A DNA stretch of 63,477 nucleotides, counting the filler. It is 4 parts of 4 records of this genome, joined end to end, with 100 filler letters (N's around TTAATTAATTAA, not from the genome) between each part and the next. Parts side by side here need not be neighbours in the genome. Positions count along the whole stretch, not along the records: positions 1 to 26,185 come from SRR20825010_6262; positions 26,286 to 38,850 come from SRR20825010_6277; 2 more parts are not named here. One strand, written 5' to 3'. Shown piece by piece: positions 18,133-28,491 of this stretch. Below the pieces are notes generated by a model. The model saw only the letters and a program-made list of their open reading frames with translations, searched no databases and was not told the DNA's origin. The position numbers and the translations under genes were made by a program. The stretch's first letter is position 1, and every line of letters starts with the position of its first letter.

Positions 18133-18506
18133 TTTTAATTTGTTTTTTACGATAAAATTTAATGGATATTGAGTTTTCTGATTTGATTTACAAATATCAA
18201 ACAATTACATTCAAATATTCATAACGAATAACCTCAAATATTGTTGAAATCAATTTTTACTTCTTATACGATGTAAAAACCAAACCGCGCTACTCAATGT
18301 AAGCAGCCCCAAGACCCCATGTATCCATTATTAGTTGTAAATTAGAAGCGATATACTTTAAATGAGGGGTGATTATTGATTGAGAAGATAATTTTTAATA
18401 TTTTACCCTATCGTTTCAAAGTTATTTTCAGTTGAATCGTACTAAATTTGAAAACTGAGTTTAAAAAATTATAACTTTTTGTGATCCGCTTAACCTATAA
18501 ACTGCT

Positions 18507-19247
18507 ATGACTGAAGCTATTTCACCTAGTCTACTTAATTCCTGGAACTATTATGGTATGCGTGTGGCATTTGCCATCATTGGCATAGGGGTAATCATAT
18601 TGCTTGGCCATTACCTTAAACTCCTAACTACGAAGGAATACAAAGACAGATATGATTACATCAATATGCATGAAATCAACCTACTGTGGTATGGTTTCTT
18701 ATTGATATTGATTGGCGTTGCTCTTTACTCAAACACCATTGTGGACAAAACCACCTGGTTGTGGTTCTTTGTAAGAATCTTTATGGCAGGGATGCTCGCC
18801 ATGATAATTGGGGTTGTTATTCAAAACATACTCAAGTTTTATTATCCGTTCTTCATTGAGAAACGATTGAAAAAACTGAGATACAGTGCGCGAATTTCGC
18901 CTGATGGCAGAAAAATGAAGTTGTTGAGTGAGGAAGAAGAAGATGTTTACCTGGATGAAGGGATGCAAGCAGAAGAAAATGCCTACTCGGTGGATTACGA
19001 TGTTTGGATTGATGAAATATCAGGATTCACGAAAATTGAGAAATACAATGGACGACTACACGCCCTACAGTGTTCTGAATGTAATTATCAGACCTTGAAA
19101 GTAGAGCGAGAAGAAGTTATTCAAGAGGCTACCGAAACAGAAGAAGGAGAATTGATGAAATACATGACTTGTGGCTATTGCGGTCATAAAGAAAGAAAAT
19201 CCTTCCACATCGCCAAGTTGCGAGCGGGTGAAGGAGCTTCGGCATAA
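18507..19247 (+). CDS. Membrane protein with C-terminal zinc ribbon
   Basis: Three hydrophobic segments; SVDYDVW, CSEC..CGYC. Confidence 0.7.
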   Translation: MTEAISPSLLNSWNYYGMRVAFAIIGIGVIILLGHYLKLLTTKEYKDRYDYINMHEINLLWYGFLLILIGVALYSNTIVDKTTWLWFFVRIFMAGMLAMIIGVVIQNILKFYYPFFIEKRLKKLRYSARISPDGRKMKLLSEEEEDVYLDEGMQAEENAYSVDYDVWIDEISGFTKIEKYNGRLHALQCSECNYQTLKVEREEVIQEATETEEGELMKYMTCGYCGHKERKSFHIAKLRAGEGASA

Positions 19248-19273
19248 AAACTGTTTTATTACCAACCAAACCG

Positions 19274-19306
19274 AAACCTCGATTTAAATCAAATCGAGGT
19301 TTTTTT
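19274..19306 (+). terminator. Intrinsic terminator between convergent genes
   Basis: AAACCTCGATTT-AAATC-AAATCGAGGTTT plus T tract. Confidence 0.8.
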
Positions 19307-19311
19307 ATGCT

Positions 19312-20085
19312 CTAAATCGTACCCGTTTTTCCACCGTCCACGCATAAACTTGTGCCGGTAATGTATGCTGCAAAATCGGACGACAAAAAGGTCGCATAGT
19401 TAGCCATCTCCTCCGGCAAGCCAAACCGTCCGGCTGGGATTGACGATAGCAGCTCCTTTTGTGTTTGTTCAAAACTCATATTCTTTTCAGTCGCAATTTT
19501 TGAAACTAAGCCATTCAGTCTATCTGTCTGAGTTAACCCCGGGAGGATATTGTTCACCGTAATACCGTATTGAGCTATCTCGTTTGATAAGGTTTTGGCC
19601 CAGGAGGCCATGGCCCCCCTCGTGGTGTTGCTAACTCCCAATCCATCTATTGGGATTTTTACACTTGTGGAAATGATATTGATAATTCTACCGAAACCAT
19701 ATTTTTTCATATGTGGCAAACAGGCAATAGAGAGTTTATGACTGACTAATAAATGCATGCGAAAGGCCTGTTCAAAGGACTCTGGTTTTGCTAGTGATAC
19801 AGGGCCCGGTTTGGGGCCTCCTGTATTATTTACGAGAATATCGGGTTTCTCCGAATCAATCTGCACTAGCAGCCTGTCAATATCGGCATCCACATTAAAA
19901 TCGGCAATAAAGATACGATGGCCGCTACCCGGCAATCTGGCCAGCATATCATTTAAATTTGCCTCGTTTCGTGCAACCAATGTCACCCTAGCCCCAGCCT
20001 GAGCAAGAGCGAGCCCGATAGCGGCCCCAATGCCTTGTGAACCTCCACACACCAATGCATGATGTCCGTCTAGACTTATTTTCAT
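19312..20085 (-). CDS. SDR-family oxidoreductase
   Basis: GGSQGIG, LVNNTGGP, NNILPG..T, VDGG; start MKISLDG. Confidence 0.88.
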   Translation of the reverse strand: MKISLDGHHALVCGGSQGIGAAIGLALAQAGARVTLVARNEANLNDMLARLPGSGHRIFIADFNVDADIDRLLVQIDSEKPDILVNNTGGPKPGPVSLAKPESFEQAFRMHLLVSHKLSIACLPHMKKYGFGRIINIISTSVKIPIDGLGVSNTTRGAMASWAKTLSNEIAQYGITVNNILPGLTQTDRLNGLVSKIATEKNMSFEQTQKELLSSIPAGRFGLPEEMANYATFLSSDFAAYITGTSLCVDGGKTGTI

Positions 20086-20141
20086 AAATTCGATTTTAAC
20101 AAAACAGATACAAAATCGGTTAAACGTAAATGTAAAGTTCA

Positions 20142-20672
20142 ATGGCGATAAAAAAACCTTTCAACCTTCAAAAATGGATCGACGACAATCGAGACCTGCT
20201 AAAACCTCCTGTTGGAAATAAGAACCTCTATACAGAAGCGGGGGATTATATTGTGATGATTGTAGGTGGCCCAAATGCACGAAAGGATTATCATTACAAT
20301 GAATCGGAAGAATTATTCTATCAGCTTGAGGGGGATATAGTTGTCAAAATTCAGGAAGATAATCAGGCAGTTGAAGTCCCTCTCAAAGCGGGAGATATGT
20401 TTCTTTTGCCAGCCAAGGTTCCTCATTCTCCCATCCGATCAGCGGGTTCAGTTGGTTTGGTGATCGAACGGATAAGAGAATCGGAACACAAAGACGGATT
20501 GCTTTGGTTTTGCGAATCGTGCAACAACAAACTTTACGAAACGTATTTCCACCTCACTAATATTGAAAAGGATTTCCTTCCAAGATTCAAAGAGTTTTAT
20601 AGCTCTGAAACGAAGCGAACCTGCACAAAATGCGGAAATGTACTGGCCGCTGACCCTAGATTTATTGACTAA
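20142..20672 (+). CDS. nbaC: 3-hydroxyanthranilate 3,4-dioxygenase
   Basis: GGPNARKDYH..EELFYQ, VPHSP, CESC/CTKC rubredoxin-like site. Confidence 0.95.
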   Translation: MAIKKPFNLQKWIDDNRDLLKPPVGNKNLYTEAGDYIVMIVGGPNARKDYHYNESEELFYQLEGDIVVKIQEDNQAVEVPLKAGDMFLLPAKVPHSPIRSAGSVGLVIERIRESEHKDGLLWFCESCNNKLYETYFHLTNIEKDFLPRFKEFYSSETKRTCTKCGNVLAADPRFID

Positions 20673-20683
20673 AAAAAACCATT

Positions 20684-21943
20684 TTGAACCAAGAAAAAGC
20701 ACAGGAACTTGACCTAAATGACCCCTTAAAAGGTTTTAGAGAGCGATTCCACATTCCTCAGAGGAACAATCAGGAAAGTATATATTTCTGTGGCAATTCA
20801 CTGGGTCTCCAGCCAAAAATGGTGGCTGAATATCTCGACGTGGAACTTGACTCCTGGAGAAAAAACGGAGTTGAAGGGCATTTCACAGGTAAGAACCCCT
20901 GGATTGATTATCATCTGAAAACGAAAAAAACACTTTCCCATATTCTAGGCACAAAGGAGTCGGAGGTGGTGAGCATGAACAACCTCACCACCAACCTCCA
21001 TCTGATGCTGGCCTCCTTTTATCAACCAAAAGGAAAAAGAACCAAAATTTTGATTGAAGCCGGTGCTTTTCCTTCGGATCATTATGCAGCAGAGTCTCAT
21101 TTGAGTCGGTTGGGGCTTGATCCAAAAGAACATCTGGTGCTTTTGCCACCGGCAGTTGGCCCAAATTTTACTACGGAAGAGATTGTGTCAGAAATAGAGC
21201 GAATAGGTGATGAGCTGGCCTTAGTGCTTTGGCCGGGAATTCAGTATTACACCGGTCAGTTTTTCGACATAAAAGCCATCAGCGCTGCTGCGCACCGGGT
21301 TGGTGCGTTCGCGGGTTTTGATCTGGCCCACGCAATTGGGAACCTCCCGATGAACCTTCATGCGGATCAGGCTGACTTTGCTGCATGGTGCAGCTACAAA
21401 TACTTAAACTCAGGCCCAGGTGGGGTTTCAGGGGTTTTTGTTCATGAAAAACATTCCTCCAACGGCACTTTCCCAAGATTAAAGGGATGGTGGGGGCATG
21501 AACCCAAAACACGATTTAAAATGGACAATCATTTCATTCCGGCGGAAGGTGCCGACGGATGGATGCTCAGTAATATGAACATATTGTCCATGGCTTCACA
21601 TTGTGCTGCTCTCGATATTTTTGAAGAAGCCGGAATGAAAAACCTTCGAAACAAGAGCATCCAATTGACCAATTATCTTGAATCGTTGTTGCTGGATGAC
21701 CCCACCATTAGGAGTAGAATTAAGATTCTGACCCCATCGAATTCAGAGGAACGCGGGTGTCAGTTATCCATCTACCTGACTATGGATGGGAAGGAGGTTT
21801 TTGATCAATTAATAGCCGAAGGGGTGATTCTGGACTGGCGTGAACCCAATGTGATTCGCGTAGCACCAACCCCTTTATACAATACATTTACAGATGTTTA
21901 TCGGTTTTATTCCATTTTGAAAGGTATTTTTGCGCATTCATGA
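20684..21943 (+). CDS. kynU: Kynureninase
   Basis: YFCGNSLGLQP, FPSDHY, FDLAHAIGN, WCSYKYLNSGPG. Confidence 0.95.
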   Translation: MNQEKAQELDLNDPLKGFRERFHIPQRNNQESIYFCGNSLGLQPKMVAEYLDVELDSWRKNGVEGHFTGKNPWIDYHLKTKKTLSHILGTKESEVVSMNNLTTNLHLMLASFYQPKGKRTKILIEAGAFPSDHYAAESHLSRLGLDPKEHLVLLPPAVGPNFTTEEIVSEIERIGDELALVLWPGIQYYTGQFFDIKAISAAAHRVGAFAGFDLAHAIGNLPMNLHADQADFAAWCSYKYLNSGPGGVSGVFVHEKHSSNGTFPRLKGWWGHEPKTRFKMDNHFIPAEGADGWMLSNMNILSMASHCAALDIFEEAGMKNLRNKSIQLTNYLESLLLDDPTIRSRIKILTPSNSEERGCQLSIYLTMDGKEVFDQLIAEGVILDWREPNVIRVAPTPLYNTFTDVYRFYSILKGIFAHS

Positions 21944-23286
21944 GAAAAGTAACAATAAATATCCTCGGTGGCGGGCCTGTTGGTTCTCTGCTAAGTTTGA
22001 TGCTCGTTCAAAAAGGATATGACGTAAAGGTTTTTGAAAAGCGTGGAGATCCCCGCCGAAAACTGATTTATGAAGGCCGCTCAATAAACCTTGCACTTAG
22101 CCATAGAGGGATTCAAGCACTGAAATACGCAGGAATTTTTCACTGTTTGGAAGATGAGCTTATTCCCATGGAAGGCCGGATGATGCACAGCCAGGAGGGT
22201 GATCTTAGGTTCCAGCCTTATGGTCGTGAGGGTCAGGCCATTAATTCGATTTCCAGGGCTCGTTTAAACGAAGTATTGTGTATTGAGGCTGAGAAGGCCG
22301 GGGTAGAATTCTTCTTTGATCATAAGTGCATCGATGTAAACCTCTCGCAAAATCGAATTCAAGTTAAAAACGAGGATATCGTATCAACTTACGAATCTGA
22401 TTTCCTTTTCGGTGCAGATGGTGCTTTTTCTGTTTTGAGAAAGGAATACGAAAAAGATATTGCCTACAAAAGCACGGTACTTCGCCTGAGCTATGGCTAC
22501 AAGGAGCTTAATCTGAGCCCTAAAAATGGCGACTTCACATTCGATCCGAATTACCTGCATATCTGGCCAAGAGGTGACTTTATGCTAATTGCCCTTCCCA
22601 ACCCGGAAAAGAGCTTTACATGCACGCTTTTTCTTGCCCTGGAAGGTGAAAACTCATTTGAGCGGTTGCGTTCAACGGAAGAAATTGAAGCGTTTTTCAA
22701 AAATAATTTTGCGGATGTCTTCGAGCAAACTCCAGATATAGTCAACCAATTCAAGACCAATCCTACTTCAAATCTCAACATTGTTGATTGTTTTCCATGG
22801 TCCAAGGGGGATAGTCTTGTGATTGGGGATGCGGCCCATGCGATTGTGCCGTTTTACGGACAGGGCATGAACGCTGGTTTTGAAGATTGCCGCGTTTTAT
22901 TGAAAATGCTGGAATCCTATAATTTCGATTGGCCGAGGGTTTTGATGGATTTTGAAAAATCACGTAAACTTGATACGGATGCCATCTCCTCCCTTGCCCT
23001 TAAAAATTTTGTGGAAATGCGGGATAAAGTGTCCCAGGAAGATTTTCTTAATCGCAAAAAACTGGAAGCCAGGCTCCAAACGGAATATCCTGAAAGTTGG
23101 ATACCACTCTACTCCATGGTCACCTTCACGGACATTCCATACAATGAGTGTTTGAAGTTGGGGAAACTCCAACAGGACGTGTTAGATCAGGTCAATGATT
23201 TCACCGACCCGTCCACAATAGATTTAAAACCGATTATTGAATTGTTTAATGATTTAGTGCGAGCCGATCAGCAAGCATGTCTATAG
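21940..23286 (+). CDS. kmo: Kynurenine 3-monooxygenase
   Basis: GRSINLALSHRG, HIWPRG, GDAAHAIVPFYGQGMNAGFED, PLYSMVTF. Confidence 0.93.
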   Translation: MRKVTINILGGGPVGSLLSLMLVQKGYDVKVFEKRGDPRRKLIYEGRSINLALSHRGIQALKYAGIFHCLEDELIPMEGRMMHSQEGDLRFQPYGREGQAINSISRARLNEVLCIEAEKAGVEFFFDHKCIDVNLSQNRIQVKNEDIVSTYESDFLFGADGAFSVLRKEYEKDIAYKSTVLRLSYGYKELNLSPKNGDFTFDPNYLHIWPRGDFMLIALPNPEKSFTCTLFLALEGENSFERLRSTEEIEAFFKNNFADVFEQTPDIVNQFKTNPTSNLNIVDCFPWSKGDSLVIGDAAHAIVPFYGQGMNAGFEDCRVLLKMLESYNFDWPRVLMDFEKSRKLDTDAISSLALKNFVEMRDKVSQEDFLNRKKLEARLQTEYPESWIPLYSMVTFTDIPYNECLKLGKLQQDVLDQVNDFTDPSTIDLKPIIELFNDLVRADQQACL

Positions 23287-23713
23287 TTTCCTGCTCCACG
23301 TCGGAAATACCGTCAGCAGCATTGGCAAAAAGGTACATGGACTCCAATACAAACTCCTTGTCCAGTTTGCTGTCTTCAATGTGACTTTTCAGCGCATTTA
23401 AGAACTTTTTCTGCCATTTTTCTATATTCTCGAGCAGGTACATAAACTCTGTACGGAATTTTTGCTCCATTCTGGCAGTTTCCTCTGGATTCAAATCATC
23501 GCTGAAATTTAGGGTAAGACCCTTAGCTAATTTGTCCACACCATCCCATTCCTCCTTGTCCAATACTCCATCGCTCATACAAACGATTAAGCTTGGGTAA
23601 AGATTGAGCAGGTATGTAAACTGTGGAAGGGTAAAATCAACGGTTCTGACTTTACGGTATTCTTCAAAGAGTAGTTCAGCTTGAGATTTCATTATTAGCG
23701 TGTGCGATTTCAT
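23246..23713 (-). CDS. Hypothetical protein, TerB-like
   Basis: Two SDG/ADG..E.E motifs (SDGVLDKEE, ADGISDVEQE). Confidence 0.55.
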   Translation of the reverse strand: MKSHTLIMKSQAELLFEEYRKVRTVDFTLPQFTYLLNLYPSLIVCMSDGVLDKEEWDGVDKLAKGLTLNFSDDLNPEETARMEQKFRTEFMYLLENIEKWQKKFLNALKSHIEDSKLDKEFVLESMYLFANAADGISDVEQETIDMLADRLALNH

Positions 23714-23875
23714 GTCAATTCTTGTCTAAAGATAGTACAACTGATTGTTTCTAATCATGTATACGTGAACAAGATATTTTGTAACCCTAAAATTGCATTA
23801 TTTTTATTTTTATTTTAACTTATTTAATATTACAATTTGTTTTTAGTCCCTTCATTCTCCATATCGATTTGTTTC

Positions 23876-25369
23876 CTAACGGCGAGGAGCTGTCTTTTCC
23901 ATCTGTGTGGTGTCTGCCGAGATGAGCGCCCGGTAGTTTTCGTACACTGAATAGACCGTGGACACATAGGTGACGGGTTCTATGCCCCGGCAATACCCGT
24001 ATTGCACGACCTCATCATTAAAATATTTGGAGTCCGATTTTTTCAATAAATACTCCTCTACATTCCCTTTCCATATTTTGGGGTCCATTCCATATTTTTC
24101 CGTAAGACGCACTGCATCCATCACATGGCCATGCCCAACATTGTAGCTGGCTAATATGAATTTCTGCCGTTCTACAGGATCACTAATTTTGTCCTTCCAA
24201 TAATCCTGCAACCATTTTATGTGCTGGGTACCAGCAAAAATATTTTCTTCAGGATCATACAAATCCGAGACCCCATATTCCGAAGCAGTGACAGGTAGCA
24301 ACTGCATAAGTCCCATCGCGCCTGCCCATGATTTGGCGCTGGCATTGAATTTTGATTCTTTAAATATCTGAGATGCCAACAGTCGCCAATCCCAACCCAA
24401 CTCCCTTGCATATTTTTTGATTAGCCCATCGTACGGACTCAGTTCATTGGAAGACAATGAATGGTAGTCACTACTAATCCTTCGCAGAGAAGATTTCGTG
24501 CTCTTAAAATATTTGTCGTAGATGACATAATAATCGGTTGTCTTTTTCATAAAAGCAATCCACACATTCAAAGAAGACAATAGTTGGGGCGCGTTCTTCC
24601 TAACTCCCCAGGCTATTTGCTGCGGAAAACTAACCGGGGTTTCTATGTCCAGATTTGTATAATAGGTAGCATTGACAAGCGCTACGTCCTCCTCAGCAAT
24701 AGTGAAATCAATTTCGCCCTCAGCAACCTTTCTGATCAAAGTTTCCGTTTCTACCGAAGGGTCATCCTCAATAATGATGATATCTCCTCCGATTTCATCT
24801 GACAGGTTTCTCAAACGAGCCACATAGGATGAATGATGGCGCACATAAACCTGCTTCCCGATAAGATCTACCGTGTTGCGAATCATGGAGTTTTCAATTT
24901 CATGGAGTTTCATGTCGCGCCAGTTATCTGGTTTCCGTTGTATGAGTACACATCTTACCAGATTATGATAATCAGTGAATGCGATTCGCTTCTTTCTTTC
25001 CCGGGTTACTGTGAGATTGTAAGCCAAAATATCCCCTTCACCCTTTTTAAGTTTTTCAAAACCTTCCTCCAAACTTGCCGTAACATTCATTTTGACGTCC
25101 ACACCAATTTCCTTGGCATAAAGGCTCAATAATTCATATTCGTAACCCATTGTACGGCCTTTATATAGAAATAGCCCGGTAGAACTATTGTCAATGATTG
25201 CAGTGATATATCCGCGCTCTCGGATCTTATCTAAATCCAGTTCAACCGACGTGATTTTATCCTCTTCCTGATCCGAATTGGTTTGATTGGTGCAGCTGTA
25301 AACTAGAAGAAGGCAGCACAGAATTGCTGATTTAAAAAGAACATGGATCAGGGCCAACCTCATTTTCAT
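23876..25369 (-). CDS. mltF: MltF-like lytic transglycosylase (substrate-binding + SLT domains)
   Basis: GYEYEL; ESKF..SWAGAMGLMQL..ASYNVG.GH. Confidence 0.88.
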   Translation of the reverse strand: MKMRLALIHVLFKSAILCCLLLVYSCTNQTNSDQEEDKITSVELDLDKIRERGYITAIIDNSSTGLFLYKGRTMGYEYELLSLYAKEIGVDVKMNVTASLEEGFEKLKKGEGDILAYNLTVTRERKKRIAFTDYHNLVRCVLIQRKPDNWRDMKLHEIENSMIRNTVDLIGKQVYVRHHSSYVARLRNLSDEIGGDIIIIEDDPSVETETLIRKVAEGEIDFTIAEEDVALVNATYYTNLDIETPVSFPQQIAWGVRKNAPQLLSSLNVWIAFMKKTTDYYVIYDKYFKSTKSSLRRISSDYHSLSSNELSPYDGLIKKYARELGWDWRLLASQIFKESKFNASAKSWAGAMGLMQLLPVTASEYGVSDLYDPEENIFAGTQHIKWLQDYWKDKISDPVERQKFILASYNVGHGHVMDAVRLTEKYGMDPKIWKGNVEEYLLKKSDSKYFNDEVVQYGYCRGIEPVTYVSTVYSVYENYRALISADTTQMEKTAPRR

Positions 25370-25473
25370 TGTTCATTATAATCAGAAAAATTCAGAAAAT
25401 ATGCATTTAAGAGATGCGAAGATATCAACCTGAATACTCGATGAGCTAATTAGAAGAAAAAATTGAAGGAAGA

Positions 25474-26185
25474 CTAGCTAGTTACTTCCTGCTTTTCAAG
25501 AAGTTTCAATGCAGCCTTATAAATAGCTGGTGCATCATAACCACACTCATTATGAAGCTCCGATTGTTCGCCATGTTCCACTATTCGGTCGGGGATTCCA
25601 AGCCGAACGACATGGGCCTGGTACTGATTGTCAGCCATAAACTCTAAAACGGCCGACCCAAACCCGCCTATAATGGTCCCGTCTTCCACAGTAATTACCT
25701 TACTGTGATTTTGGAGGATTTCATGAAGAAGTTTCTCATCTATCGGCTTTGCAAAGCGCATGTCATAATGAGCGGCTTCAATTTCCTCCCGACCCAACAT
25801 CTGTATTGCGTCAGTCGCATAATTGCCAATGTGCCCAATGGTCAAAATAGCGAGATCCTTACCTTCCTGTAATTTTCTTCCTGTACCTATTTCTATCTTT
25901 TCTAAAGGGGTTCTCCATTCCGGCATCACACCATTTCCTCTTGGGTAGCGAATGGTAAACGGGCCGTCTTTGTATTCCGAGGCACTAAACATAAGGTTTC
26001 GGAGCTCGGCTTCATTCATTGGTGCGGCCACTACCATATGTGGCAAACATCGCATATAAGATATATCATAGGCACCATGGTGCGTAGGTCCGTCAGCGCC
26101 TGCCAGACCTGCCCGATCCAGACAGAACACGACAGGTAATTTTTGGATACACACATCATGAATCACCTGATCATAAGCACGCTGC
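25474..26185 (-). CDS. dxs: 1-deoxy-D-xylulose-5-phosphate synthase, C-terminal part (cut by contig end)
   Basis: DRAGLAGADGPTHHG, IRYPRG, DMRFAKPID, TVEDG. Confidence 0.95.
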
Positions 26186-26285
26186 NNNNNNNNNNNNNNN
26201 NNNNNNNNNNNNNNNNNNNNNNNNNNNNNTTAATTAATTAANNNNNNNNNNNNNNNNNNNNNNNNNNNNNNNNNNNNNNNNNNNN
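26186..26285. other. Artificial contig spacer (N-run with TTAATTAATTAA core)
   Basis: 100-nt N block with a six-frame-stop linker; composition and gene content change abruptly across it. Confidence 0.99.
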
Positions 26286-26286
26286 G

Positions 26287-27699
26287 ATCATGCGCAACCT
26301 GAAAATGATGCCGGACTACTACAACCGTCAGCAGCGCACTCTGTTTGACTTCCTGAAAGACGCCCGAGAGAAGGGGGTTGACACGGCACTCGCCGACCGT
26401 GCGGCCTGGGGCGACATGCGGATGATGCCGACCGATATCGAGGATCTCCAGGGCTTTACGCCACTGATCAATGGAAAGAGCACGGAACAGAACTGGACCG
26501 GCCTCTTCAAGCCGGGCGAACGGGTTCGTCTGCGCTTTATCAATTCCTCGGCAATGGCCTATTTCGACGTCCGGATCCCGGGCCTCAAGATGACCGTTGT
26601 GCAGGCGGACGGGAACAATGTTTTGCCAGTTCCAGTCGACGAGTTCCGGATCGCAGTCGCCGAGACCTATGACGTTCTCGTTCAGCCAAAAGAGGACCAA
26701 GCATACGCGATTTTTGCCGAATCCATGGGCCGAACAGCCTCCGTCCGGGCGACACTCGCAACCTCAGAGGGCATGGTTGCTGATGCCCCAGAGTTGCGTA
26801 AACCCAGCTTGCTGACCATGGCCGATATGGGAATGGCGCATGAAGGTATGGACCACGGCAGCATGTCCATGGGTGGAATGAGTCATACGATGCCTGACGG
26901 CCGCGCCATGCAGGGAATGAACCATGGAGCCATGAACCAGGGGCAGACGAATCATGGCACCGGGCAGATGCCCGACACACACAAGATGCCTGACGGCTCC
27001 TCAATGAAAGGCATGAGCCATGCCGGCACAGATCATTCAGGTGGCGGCGGGATGCCGACAATGAAACATGACGGAACGGCAATGGCGCAGGAAGGCCATA
27101 CGATGCCTGACGGGTCGATAATGAAAGGCACGAGCCATGGCGGTATGAACCATGGGGCGCAGGGTATGATGGCCGAGGCCGACTCCTTTTATGCTCCGGG
27201 GAGCGGCCTGACGCCGTCGGCGGCCAATGGCGGCAAGTTCCTCTCCTACGATGATCTTCGTGCCCAGAAACCACTCTATGAGTACCGCGAGGCTACACGG
27301 GAGGTCGAACTTCGGTTGACTGGCAACATGGAGCGCTACATCTGGTCGATCAATGGCATCAAGTTTGCCGACGCCGATCCGATCCGGCTGAAATACGGCG
27401 AGCGGGTGCGCTTCAAGTTCGTCAACGAAACGATGATGACCCATCCAATGCATCTGCACGGGATGTGGTCGATTCTCGATACCGGAAAGGGCAAGTGGAA
27501 CCCGATCAAGCATGTTGTAAGCGTAGCCCCTGGGACAACGGTCTTCATGGAGACGGAAGTTGACGCGCCGGGCCAGTGGGCCTTCCACTGCCACCTTTCC
27601 TACCACGCCGACAGCGGCATGTTCCGCAAGGTCGTGGTAGAAGGCGGCCCGAAGGACAAGTCGGCAGCCACCACGACCAACATGAAAACGGGGGGCTGA
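26287..27699 (+). CDS. copA: CopA/PcoA-type multicopper oxidase (5' truncated)
   Basis: HPMHLHG, AFHCHLSYHADSGM; Met/His-rich insert. Confidence 0.93.
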   Translation: MMRNLKMMPDYYNRQQRTLFDFLKDAREKGVDTALADRAAWGDMRMMPTDIEDLQGFTPLINGKSTEQNWTGLFKPGERVRLRFINSSAMAYFDVRIPGLKMTVVQADGNNVLPVPVDEFRIAVAETYDVLVQPKEDQAYAIFAESMGRTASVRATLATSEGMVADAPELRKPSLLTMADMGMAHEGMDHGSMSMGGMSHTMPDGRAMQGMNHGAMNQGQTNHGTGQMPDTHKMPDGSSMKGMSHAGTDHSGGGGMPTMKHDGTAMAQEGHTMPDGSIMKGTSHGGMNHGAQGMMAEADSFYAPGSGLTPSAANGGKFLSYDDLRAQKPLYEYREATREVELRLTGNMERYIWSINGIKFADADPIRLKYGERVRFKFVNETMMTHPMHLHGMWSILDTGKGKWNPIKHVVSVAPGTTVFMETEVDAPGQWAFHCHLSYHADSGMFRKVVVEGGPKDKSAATTTNMKTGG

Positions 27700-28404
27700 G
27701 TGATGAAGATCAGAATTGCTTCTCTCGCCGTGTTCGCAGCAATCCTATCCGACAGCCCAGCCTCAGCGGAGCAATGGTTCTGGGGCGTCCAGGCGGAACA
27801 GTTGGAATGGCGTAGCGGCGAAGGCTCACCGGCTTATGCCTGGGACCTCGATGCCTTCGCCGGAACCGATGAGTACAAGTTCGTTGTCCGCAGCGAAGCA
27901 GAATACGGGACCAACGCAAACGCATTCGAAACGCTGGAAAACCAGCTTCGCCTGCAAGTGCCTGTGAGCACCTTCTTCGATGCTGTTGCCGGAGTGCGCT
28001 ACGACAGCCCGGACGGAGGACCACGCCGAACGTATGGTGTGCTCGGGCTGAAGGGCCTCGCCAAGCAATGGTTTGAGGTAGATGCGGATCTGTATCTCTC
28101 GGAATATCCGTCTGCCCGCTTCGAGATCGAGTATGAAGGTCTTATCACTAACCAGATCATCTTCACCCCGAGCATCGAACTGGACCTGCCGCTGGCCGAC
28201 GATGAGGCGACAGGGCGAGCTGCCTTTGGACCGAAACTGGAGATCGGCGGGCGCCTCAGCTACGACCTGCTTGATCGGGCCATCGCCCCATATGTCGGCG
28301 TTCACTGGGAGCGGACTCTCGGCGAAAGCGGGCGGCTGGTCCGGGACGAGGGAGAGGATGACGACGTGGTTTCCTTCGTCGTCGGGTTCCGGGTCATGTT
28401 CTGA
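27700..28404 (+). CDS. copB: Copper resistance outer-membrane protein B
   Basis: GLAKQWFEVD, APYVGVHWER, GFRVMF; adjacent to copA. Confidence 0.9.
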   Translation: MMKIRIASLAVFAAILSDSPASAEQWFWGVQAEQLEWRSGEGSPAYAWDLDAFAGTDEYKFVVRSEAEYGTNANAFETLENQLRLQVPVSTFFDAVAGVRYDSPDGGPRRTYGVLGLKGLAKQWFEVDADLYLSEYPSARFEIEYEGLITNQIIFTPSIELDLPLADDEATGRAAFGPKLEIGGRLSYDLLDRAIAPYVGVHWERTLGESGRLVRDEGEDDDVVSFVVGFRVMF

Positions 28405-28420
28405 CCTGTATATCTCATCG

Positions 28421-28452
28421 ACTACTCCGGCGGTCCACTTCGCCGGAGTAGT
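28421..28452. terminator. 12-bp stem hairpin after copB
   Basis: ACTACTCCGGCG-N8-CGCCGGAGTAGT; no clear T tract. Confidence 0.5.
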
Positions 28453-28491
28453 TGAAACCCAAAATACCGATATACTGCGAGAACCCTGAAG

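Noticed and set aside
23246-23286. 41-bp convergent overlap of kmo and the TerB-like gene
   Set aside because: Short 3' overlaps of convergent genes are common; nothing suggests function.
26186-26285. Biological palindrome TTAATTAATTAA and ORFs running into N runs
   Set aside because: Identical linker at all three joins; artificial. Adjacency across spacers (dxs-copA, ATPase-nirB, mltG-ahcY) has no biological meaning.
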